Source: a virus. From it: DNA of 64,000 bases. The stretch covers positions 64,001-128,000 of the IMG/VR virus record IMGVR_UViG_3300022188_000007. One strand, 5' to 3'. The notes beneath the pieces are model-generated. The model had not been told where the DNA came from. It searched no databases and saw nothing but the letters and a program-made list of their open reading frames with translations. Numbering within the stretch: position 1 is the first letter of the stretch; each line of letters opens with the position of its first letter. Of this stretch, positions 53,313-62,600 are shown piece after piece. The position numbers and the translations under genes are program-made.

Positions 53313-53618
53313 ATGAGAAGAGGATGGCAAGTAGAACTTCTTGATGGTTCTATACTGGAGGAAGGTAATATTGAATGGAGAAAAGTACCTAAAGTCAAGA
53401 TTAAGCGTTTGTCCTTGTTGTATGACGGCCGGCAATGGGACTTGTCTGGTAAGGCGGCTTATTTTATTAAAAATAAAGCCTCCATGGTACCTGGTATAGC
53501 GGCTTCTTTTAGAATTGAACGTAGATGTGTAGGTTACTACGACGGCGCTAAAAAGATTCATTATATAGTGGATGAGTCTACTGGTAAGTTTAATATGGAG
53601 GTCGTAGATAACGGGTAA
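53313..53618 (+). CDS. Hypothetical protein (101 aa)
   Basis: Co-oriented; weak resemblance to 47180..47632 (V...DG.I.......W..V....IK.L). Confidence 0.6.
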   Translation: MRRGWQVELLDGSILEEGNIEWRKVPKVKIKRLSLLYDGRQWDLSGKAAYFIKNKASMVPGIAASFRIERRCVGYYDGAKKIHYIVDESTGKFNMEVVDNG

Positions 53619-53623
53619 ATCTA

Positions 53624-56600
53624 ATGAAAACAGATTCTATTAATAAATGCCAGTACTGGAATAAATATGAACCAACTCTTTGTATATACTGGGATGATGG
53701 TGCTACTACGTGTAATTATCAAGCAATCGCAGCAGCCGCAGCTCAAGATTCGGCTAATGCCCTTAAAGTTCCAAATCATTCTCCAGCTTGTAATTTACTT
53801 GGTACTTCTGTCAGTTGTTCTCACTATATAGCATCTTCCCCAGGTGAAGTATTAGCAAGATGTATTCTACCTGATCCTAGAAGACATGTATGTAATAGGG
53901 CTACTGGAAAAAGTTGGGTAGTTGTCGGCGAACCAACTGGTGATGTTAATGATAGCGGCATTGAGTTGTTTGATTGGGACTTTGACACAATAAATGGGTA
54001 CAATGAGGGGGAGTGCGACGGTACTGGTACTGATACTACTTGTTCTGGTTATGCCCCATATCATATGGGTTTTGGCACCCTTCAACCCTCAGATAGCCCA
54101 GATTTAGACACTTTTGAGTCCGGTCATTATTCTTTAGATGTTGAATTTGGTTTCAGACTTCCTACTAATTTTACTATCTATAATATTCGAGCGGCACTAT
54201 CTAGGTGTCATTGGTGGAGAACTGACCCGGGCACATTTGCAGTTGACGCTGAAGGTAAAGTGAAATTAAAAGGTAATTGGGAATGTTCTTGCCCTAAGGA
54301 TACTAGTGCTTATAGTGAATTTACACTTGAAAATGGTCCCCCATGTAATGGGTGTAAGCCTGAGTGTTCTAACTATACTGGGGTTTGCTGGCAGTACTGT
54401 ATAGATGAGAAAATGGAGGATGGTGACCCTATATTAGCGGAACAGATACATGAACTGAGATATTATCATAGAGAAAATAACTGGACTAAAGAAGCAATAC
54501 AAGCAATATTTATCGATGAAGGAGAAATCTTTACTTGGCACGGCTCTGCTGATTCAGGTAAGTGTGCAACAGATGGATCTAGCCAGTCGATGGAAGAAGA
54601 CTGTGAAGATGGAGGGGCCTCTATACATGGTATATTATCTACTACTGTTGGTTCTGATGGTAATATAGAAGAGTATAGAATTCCTGCAGTTAAAGTGTCT
54701 ATGCCTTCATTTGAAGAGTTCACTATTGAAACTCAGAATGTGGAGTTGACTCAAGGCACAGAGGTGGCTGGCACACTAGAGAATTTTCCTACCTTAGTAA
54801 GAGCGTTACAATTATTCCCTTTATCCCCCATAATAAAAACAGAGTTTAATAAGCATACTACCTCTAATGATGTAGATATCGGGTTCTTTGAAACTCCTTA
54901 TCTAGCGGAAGGGATTAGTACTTTAATTTATGGTAAACTATTTTATTCTACTGTAGCTTATGCCATTAATTTGAGCGATGCTGAGGTACAGGCCATACTT
55001 CCTGTGGAATTGTATTATTTTGATGATATATACATACTAGAATCTGAACTAGGACCTGAGGCTTATGAGGTGTTTAATATTAAGTTAGAGGCTACATTGA
55101 AAGCAATAGCGACAATATCCCCTGAAAAAGTAATTCCTAATTCTTTACCTGATGAAGACAGAACATTTTTAATGGATGTGCCTGTGTTATCTAAAGACCG
55201 TACATATGACGGGTCCAATAAAAATACCATTTTGGTCTTTCAAAAAGCCAATAATATATTTACTTTCGATAAAGTAACATTTACTAAGCGAGTTGTAGGG
55301 GGTATGTTATTCCAAGATGACTTTCAGATTATAGGGGATCAGAAACTAGTTAGAAAACCGATTCCTAATTTTGAGAAATCCTTTATGACTAATTTAAATA
55401 ACAACGGCTCTATGTCGTTTCATTTCGAGCCTTTTATAGACGCAGGTCTTGCAACAGATGCGTTATATACATACAACGATGTCCGCCATGTTGATCCTGT
55501 AGACGATCCTATCTATGTTGGTAGTACTAAATATAAAATTACTATACCTCAATATACACTTGAAACTTCTACTGTTCCAGGTTCCCCACAGGAATTTAAG
55601 GTTATTGGTTCAAATGGCTATGCTCTTATCACATTGAATGACTTATTTGTTAATAATGTTATAGAGAATTGGGAAGCTAAAAAAATAGTAGCTACTTATG
55701 GTAATGATACTATAGATGAGGAGGGTAACCTAACTACCGAGTATACTGAGTGTGAAATGCAAATTGTACGCCATGGAGGGGATCGTAAATTAGCTAGCGG
55801 TCAGGTACTAGTTAAACCTAAGGATATGAGTGATTTTAATTCATTATGTGGTGATACTTTAGTGGAAATAAATGATTTAACGTATATGGAAAAAAGAAGT
55901 TTTGAACAGCCCCCAGATATAGATCTTGGTACTTATGAAGAAATAGACACAAATGGAAATGAGGTTCTTATAGAGGCGGGCGAATTTGAGGGTACTTCTG
56001 AGCAGTTCACTATTAAAAATTATAAATTTGTTCTTACTTTAGCTACGGTTATGCAAGATAGTACTGGTAGGCCTTTTACTATGTCAAGAACTAAACCTAT
56101 AGGTATGGTTAAGCAGGTAGCTTGCCCAGACGTAGAGATATATTATAAATGGACCGCGGTGTATAACCTATGGCAAAATCTTCCTATATGTACATGTTGT
56201 GGTCCTCGATCAGAAAAATTTCTAGCCTCTGGTATTTTAATATCAAACGTACCTTTATGTGGCGATCACTTTGAATGTAAAGGGTGTTATCCTGCTGCTG
56301 TCTGGTGGCCTTATAACATGTGTCAAGGATACACGGGGTACAATCAAGTCACAAATTTAGATAATTGGGACGTATCAATGATTGGGTTATTTAAAACCAA
56401 ATCTACAGATACAGAGGGCAATGAGAGTTACGATCACGGATCACATGATATGCGCATGATGGGGCCGCATATACGTTATGCCTCCAGCGGTTTGTATTGT
56501 CCACCTAAACCCTGTGCTTGTCCTATGTTGACGTATAACAATTATATGACGGAGGAGCCTTATTTCACAGGGTATGGTAGGATAAGGGCTGGAGTTAATG

Positions 56601-59215
56601 ACTATCAAATAGGAATTTGGATAGATACTGGTAGTTACCCTATAATGCAGTTTGGGAATGAATTTCGTTCTGTTCTTCGTTCATATCGTACTACGGACCA
56701 AGCTCCATATGTTAGAACAGATACTGACCCTAAAACAGGGCGTTCTGAACCTAGAACAGATTGGCATCTCATGCCGGCGGCACAAATGTTTTCTTCATCA
56801 GATATAACTGCTGATTCTGACCCTATGTGGGATTATTTTTGTGATCCTAGTGGCCCAAATGTTATTAATCCGTTAGGATTTTATCTTGCAGATGAGTTTG
56901 ATGGTATGGCTATTGATGAGACAGTGGACTACTATAATCGTTTTAGATTTGAAGATATCATAACCGTACAAAATGAATTAAATTTAGGTTATCCTAAAAC
57001 TATAGGGCAATACGTTGTATCTACTGGAGGCGCAATAATTTCTCCTTTCTATAATTTTAAAGCTTATGAAGCAGGCGGCTCGTCTACTTTCATTCAATGG
57101 GCTTGGCAAGAAGTTTGGAAACCTCTAGAAAGAAATATTAAGGAAGGCGCGGGGTATTCTTATAGTGATTTTATAGCGTTATATCTAGAAAAAGGGGTGG
57201 TAGGGAACGTTAAAGGTACCTATTTAGATAATAGCGGCTCGGTAGTAGGTAGTCACCGAATGATACAAGTTGAGTATCCCGACTATAAGTATGATTGGCA
57301 AAATAAAGAATTTAGACTTGTATGTGATGAGAATATGCAGTCCTCTATTAGGTTTTGGGCACCTGAAGAGAAAGATAAATACACTGGTGAGTATTTAGGC
57401 TACCCTTCTTTACAATTGAATAATGGCCCAAAACGAGGAATTAATTGGGCTGGTGAATGGCTTACTCCAAATAATGGCGACGGAGAACTAGCAGAGGGCC
57501 AGTCCTTGGAAGAAGAATATAATGTAACACTGTATGAGACATGTATCGGCAATCCCTCATTCGAGGGTACTATTAAATCTGGTTGGGCAGAGCAGGTAAC
57601 TTTATTTGATACAGGGTATGATGCTGACTCTATTGAGGCAGCCATAGAAGATGAGCGCCATGTTGTAACTATTAATACTATTACTGGAGATAAAATCAAT
57701 ACTTATTTTCAACGCGGTTTAAACGTAGAACTACTTTTGAATGGGCTAGGTAGCGCACCATTAAGACTTGAGCACTTGACTCAACTCACCAAACTGGGTG
57801 AACTCATGGAAGTAATGTGTGGTACCTTTGATGAGTTATCTATTGGTTTTACATTTGATAGTATAGTTCGTACTGTGGGCAGGTTTAGTTTTAGTTATGA
57901 ATACGGCCCTAAATTAGTATCACCGGAGATACCTGCAACAGCAACTACCAAGAAGGTACCTGCTGTTTACAGCTACCATCATATGCCAGAGGTATCTATT
58001 TATAAATCAGACTTAGGCAGTTCAGAGGGAGCAACTTTGTTGTATAAATCTGATGGAATGGAGCTATATGATGGTCCAAAAACAAGTCTTAATTCTTTTG
58101 AAGTAAGAGATGAGACCATAGAATGGGGGAATACTTGGGATTATATAGCTGGGGGCGGATCAGGCTTGTATGTTGTATTTAGGGTCACCCCTACAATAGC
58201 AGAAATTACCGCACTTGATGCTAGTATAACAGACCCAGGCAGATATACTAAGTACCCTAATTTTGTAAATGTATTGAATACTCAGGTATATGAAGAACAA
58301 TTGATTAATGCACAAGAGAATATAAAAAATTGGGAAAGGAAATACTATGTTTCCCACGGCTCCTCTGCTGATGGTCCTCCTCAAGGGGGAGGCGATGAAA
58401 AAACTCTGACGGCTATTCCAAATTTCCCTCATACAGTTTGGCAAGTAGATGATGTGGACGGGGTAAAAGGAATCCGTGATTCTGCCGGCCCAGCTGTATT
58501 TATAAATAAATGCAGGGGAAGATTTGTTTTTGATACCTGGGAAGATTTAACGTTATTAGACTCAGGGTCTATTCCAGAAATGGAAAATTTACAATATAAG
58601 TTATACAATCAGGCGGCTGAAAAGGCAACACAGCAATCTACTATGAAGCCGTTAATGCCCCCGGGTTTGCAAGAACTTCTTACTAAAAATGGTGTTAACT
58701 TCGCGGGCGCTGGTCCTCTTGTGCTAACAAATTCTTTAATATCTACATTGGGAGGGATAAATCAATTCCCCATAATGCAGGCAGAAGGGCATTCTTATAT
58801 AGCTAGCGAGCCCTGGACGGAGGCTTGTGCTGGGGATAATGGTTGTTATGGAGGAGATACTTTTGCATGGAGGTATACAAATTATGATGATATGTCGTCT
58901 CATACAGCAGTAGAATCATTAACTCAATATAATATGGGAACTTATTGGATGTTACAGCGTAGAAAGATGAACATAGATTTGAATGTTGGTCTTTATGTGA
59001 GGTGGTACTCAAGAAGTACAGGGAATAGGATATACCAAGCCTCTGAAGAAGAATTTTCTACTTTAATTTATCCTGAGATGGATATTAAGCCCCTTGTAGG
59101 TGGCCTAGGGACAGTAGTAGCACCTACAAAGGGCAACCCAGTCCGAAACTTGTTTTTAGGCGGCTCCTGGGGCTCAATTCAGGAGTCCATATATGGACCT
59201 GATGCCACCTGGTGA
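53624..59215 (+). CDS. Very large Cys-rich acidic protein (1863 aa), probably virion-associated
   Basis: Uninterrupted ORF; Cys clusters at the N-terminus (CQYW, CIYW, CNGCKPEC) and middle (CTCCG, CPPKPCAC). Confidence 0.65.
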   Translation: MKTDSINKCQYWNKYEPTLCIYWDDGATTCNYQAIAAAAAQDSANALKVPNHSPACNLLGTSVSCSHYIASSPGEVLARCILPDPRRHVCNRATGKSWVVVGEPTGDVNDSGIELFDWDFDTINGYNEGECDGTGTDTTCSGYAPYHMGFGTLQPSDSPDLDTFESGHYSLDVEFGFRLPTNFTIYNIRAALSRCHWWRTDPGTFAVDAEGKVKLKGNWECSCPKDTSAYSEFTLENGPPCNGCKPECSNYTGVCWQYCIDEKMEDGDPILAEQIHELRYYHRENNWTKEAIQAIFIDEGEIFTWHGSADSGKCATDGSSQSMEEDCEDGGASIHGILSTTVGSDGNIEEYRIPAVKVSMPSFEEFTIETQNVELTQGTEVAGTLENFPTLVRALQLFPLSPIIKTEFNKHTTSNDVDIGFFETPYLAEGISTLIYGKLFYSTVAYAINLSDAEVQAILPVELYYFDDIYILESELGPEAYEVFNIKLEATLKAIATISPEKVIPNSLPDEDRTFLMDVPVLSKDRTYDGSNKNTILVFQKANNIFTFDKVTFTKRVVGGMLFQDDFQIIGDQKLVRKPIPNFEKSFMTNLNNNGSMSFHFEPFIDAGLATDALYTYNDVRHVDPVDDPIYVGSTKYKITIPQYTLETSTVPGSPQEFKVIGSNGYALITLNDLFVNNVIENWEAKKIVATYGNDTIDEEGNLTTEYTECEMQIVRHGGDRKLASGQVLVKPKDMSDFNSLCGDTLVEINDLTYMEKRSFEQPPDIDLGTYEEIDTNGNEVLIEAGEFEGTSEQFTIKNYKFVLTLATVMQDSTGRPFTMSRTKPIGMVKQVACPDVEIYYKWTAVYNLWQNLPICTCCGPRSEKFLASGILISNVPLCGDHFECKGCYPAAVWWPYNMCQGYTGYNQVTNLDNWDVSMIGLFKTKSTDTEGNESYDHGSHDMRMMGPHIRYASSGLYCPPKPCACPMLTYNNYMTEEPYFTGYGRIRAGVNDYQIGIWIDTGSYPIMQFGNEFRSVLRSYRTTDQAPYVRTDTDPKTGRSEPRTDWHLMPAAQMFSSSDITADSDPMWDYFCDPSGPNVINPLGFYLADEFDGMAIDETVDYYNRFRFEDIITVQNELNLGYPKTIGQYVVSTGGAIISPFYNFKAYEAGGSSTFIQWAWQEVWKPLERNIKEGAGYSYSDFIALYLEKGVVGNVKGTYLDNSGSVVGSHRMIQVEYPDYKYDWQNKEFRLVCDENMQSSIRFWAPEEKDKYTGEYLGYPSLQLNNGPKRGINWAGEWLTPNNGDGELAEGQSLEEEYNVTLYETCIGNPSFEGTIKSGWAEQVTLFDTGYDADSIEAAIEDERHVVTINTITGDKINTYFQRGLNVELLLNGLGSAPLRLEHLTQLTKLGELMEVMCGTFDELSIGFTFDSIVRTVGRFSFSYEYGPKLVSPEIPATATTKKVPAVYSYHHMPEVSIYKSDLGSSEGATLLYKSDGMELYDGPKTSLNSFEVRDETIEWGNTWDYIAGGGSGLYVVFRVTPTIAEITALDASITDPGRYTKYPNFVNVLNTQVYEEQLINAQENIKNWERKYYVSHGSSADGPPQGGGDEKTLTAIPNFPHTVWQVDDVDGVKGIRDSAGPAVFINKCRGRFVFDTWEDLTLLDSGSIPEMENLQYKLYNQAAEKATQQSTMKPLMPPGLQELLTKNGVNFAGAGPLVLTNSLISTLGGINQFPIMQAEGHSYIASEPWTEACAGDNGCYGGDTFAWRYTNYDDMSSHTAVESLTQYNMGTYWMLQRRKMNIDLNVGLYVRWYSRSTGNRIYQASEEEFSTLIYPEMDIKPLVGGLGTVVAPTKGNPVRNLFLGGSWGSIQESIYGPDATW

Positions 59216-59250
59216 TTTAAAAATAAATAATATAATTAAGGAGTAAATAG

Positions 59251-59655
59251 ATGATGGATTTAATTTGTTCTAAATGTGATAGTGAGCTTTATGAAAATTC
59301 TATAGCCACTACTTTTGAATACAATAAGGACATAAAGGTATTAATGTCGGAAGCGGGCGAGTTAGTTATTAAAAATGCTCCTAGATATATGATATTCGCT
59401 TGTAATAAATGTGGTTTTACACGGAAAATTTTTTTTGAAGATTATTTTGCTTCTAGACAAGCAGTGGCTTTAAAAACTTTAGGTAAAATGCGTTCTGATT
59501 CTTGTGTACGTACATTAGATCATTCTGTAAAATATAGTGAGGATAGCGGTTTAACTTTTTGCGGCCTCTGTCCTGGTTTGTTTGATGGTGATGGAATGTG
59601 TACTAATGATGTAATAGCTGGCTGTTCTGTAAGGAGACATCTCCTTGAAGACTAA
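59251..59655 (+). CDS. Small Zn-binding protein
   Basis: AAGGAG RBS; CSKC...CNKC and CGLC...C...C. Confidence 0.65.
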   Translation: MMDLICSKCDSELYENSIATTFEYNKDIKVLMSEAGELVIKNAPRYMIFACNKCGFTRKIFFEDYFASRQAVALKTLGKMRSDSCVRTLDHSVKYSEDSGLTFCGLCPGLFDGDGMCTNDVIAGCSVRRHLLED

Positions 59656-62600
59656 TTATAATCTACTAAAAGACGCTTATAGTATTAAGAATATATCTAC
59701 TTGTCAGTATGACTCATTGCATGGTTATGTGAGTGATTTTAGTAAGAATGGTGATGTGGATGGCTGGGATATATATTCTAATATATGTCTGTATGGTGTA
59801 TGGGACACAGTACTGTTCGGTACTTCTTTAGATAGGGAGTGTTACATTAGTAGAACTAATATATTTATACCTATTCCAGCAGAATCATATCATATAATGA
59901 AAGTTACAATGAAATTAACTTTACCTGATGATCTCCCTGAACAGTTTATTCCTACCAAAGGTAGGCTCATGTGGCAGACGGTAGCTGATCCTTCATGGAG
60001 TGAACAAAAATCTATAGACTTCGATCTTATTGTAAATGACCAATGGTATTCTTATATAATAAACACTGGAGAATCTCAATACTGGCAAGGTGATATTAAT
60101 AACGTCAGGATTTATCCTTTTACTGATGGCAAGCCTGAAATACGCTTTACTATTAAGGCTATTAATATTGATTCTACTGATTATTTTCAATGTATTAATA
60201 CACAGTGCGACTACTATTCTAAATATAGCCATCCTTGTGAAGGTATTGGCAAACGGGCATCGATTACTTCAGGTATTCCTAAAGAAACTTTTACAACTGT
60301 ATCCGGACTCAATGATAAGTTACTACTTAATATAGACGGTTACGGTGACCAGCAAATAAATTTAGGTAATTTTACTAATATAACTGGTAGTGATATGGCA
60401 AAAGTATTAGTAAATAGAATAAGTTTGGTAGACGTAGGGCAGTATACTTATGTAGAATCTACGTTTGATTATACTCAAAATACACTTATAATTCATTCAG
60501 GTTCGTCTACTGAAGGTGGGACAATTAGTATAGGTGGTCCAGCAGCAGAAATCTTGGGCTTTTTTAATGAGTTAGGGGAAGATGTATCTGTTGAGACTAT
60601 AGGTAAGTCTCCGGCATCTGGTTTTGATTACTCAGCCTCTCGTAGGTTAAAAGGTTTCGAGATAAATGCCTTGATCGATTCGGATGAAGAACATACCGCT
60701 TATTATCATAATCCTAATCAATATACTGTGGAAGCTGGTCGATCTGACTTTATCGATTCAATGAGCTCATCCCATGCTCCCCGGCCAATTGACATAGACT
60801 ACTATAAAGAGATAGATGGTAATAATAAATTAATCATAGACGGTTCTCATCCAGTTAATGATTCTGGAAGACTTACTTTAATAAAAGTTAACGGAACTAG
60901 ATGTAAAGATGTCGACGAGAATATGTTTGTTTCTTCAAGATTTAGTTCTTCTTTTAGTAAAGTGGTGTTGTTAAGGACTTATAGAATGACTGATGTTGAA
61001 ACTTCCTTTGTTCAAATAATTTATACAGCCACTATTGAAGATCCAGAAAAAGGCGCTGTACATACTTCAGATGATGTTACATATAGCATAGAAGTAGATT
61101 GGTTAGTAAACAAAGGTGATTTAATTGGATTTTATAATTTTAACGTACTGTGCCCCCATTCTATGCAACAGCGGCAGCCAAACGCTGTCTACTTTGAAGT
61201 GGCTGGAATGCCTGAAGGTAAATTTTCAATCGGAAAACCTGCAGCCAAAGGGGTAATAGGTTTATCTTTTTATGCAAGAAGTAGTAGAATTCAAGAGAAC
61301 ATCCAGTTGGAAATAGATCTAGGTCGGAGAGCTAATATAGCTGATTTACATGTTCATGGTGAGGAATTGAAAACTGATTATGAGTATAATGTAGCTGCAT
61401 GCCTAGATGTAACTTGGGAAGTCAATTTACATAATGACACACATTGGCACGATGTAAATCATTGCTATACCGGAGTGGTAGGCCGTAAAGTAGAGCATAG
61501 AAATAAAGCTTATGGTTTGGAATGCTTAGATGATTGTATAACTACCCCAGATAATGGTCAACAAGGCAGTACTTATACAAGTAATTCTCATGGAGGGAGT
61601 CTGCACTGGGACGGCTCCAATTACATTCAAAATGATGATCCAGATACTTATAGCGGCCTGGTTACTATTGGAGAACATAGTTATTTTTATGTTAATGGTG
61701 ATGGGGAATGGAACAGTGCTGAATGCGGGGCTACCGGAGATGAGGATGCTGCTTATCGTTATATGGAGTTTCAAAGCCCCTGGACTACAGGCGAGCCTTA
61801 TGATTATGAGTTTGACCCCTTAACATTTACCTTATTATTTCCTCCTGGCCGGCAAGTTAAAATACACAAAACTGCTATTTATTTTAAAGAGTCTAATAAC
61901 TTTAAACATCTTTCTTTGTCTTATTACCTTGGGGAGTTTGGAGGGAACGGAGATGCCGAAGAGATACATTGGAAGTATGTCCCAACATTTACTTCTGTAG
62001 ATTTAGATGGTACCATGTTATATGAAGGTTTGACTGATGGTGAAAGACGAAGTCAGCAGTATGATGATATTTATTTTTCTAATCCATGGCCTTGGGGCAA
62101 ACCTGAGTATGTGAATGGTGTTTGCACTAATTGGGATATATATCAGACTCTAATGAATGAGCGTATGAATACTCTAAAACACTACTTTGAGCCTGTCGAG
62201 TGTTATGGGTTCAGATATCATAATGAGTGGCATAAAAGTACTAAAATAACTGAAATAGAGGTGTTTAGTTATTTATACATAGAACCTTCTTTACTAGATA
62301 ATGTTAGTATGTACAGTTCAGTGTATAGTAATGAATGGCATGAGTTGTCTTTTACTGCAGATGAGGACGACGATGAAAAGATTACGGCACATGTTTCGGG
62401 CAGTCCTAGGTATTTTAAACTCGAAATAAAATCACAAGATATATTTAAACTCAAAGAATTAAATGCTACTATTTCTATGGAATATATAAAAGATTTAGAT
62501 TGCTATAATACTATTAGTGCTGATTATGCACCTAAAGGTATTGTAACAGAATCAAAAGAGCTGATTATAGAAAATACTTATGATATTCCTTTGAATCTAA

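Noticed and set aside
60090-61823. Short + strand ORFs 60090..60335 and 61554..61823
   Set aside because: They are out-of-frame overlaps within the long ORF starting at 59645.
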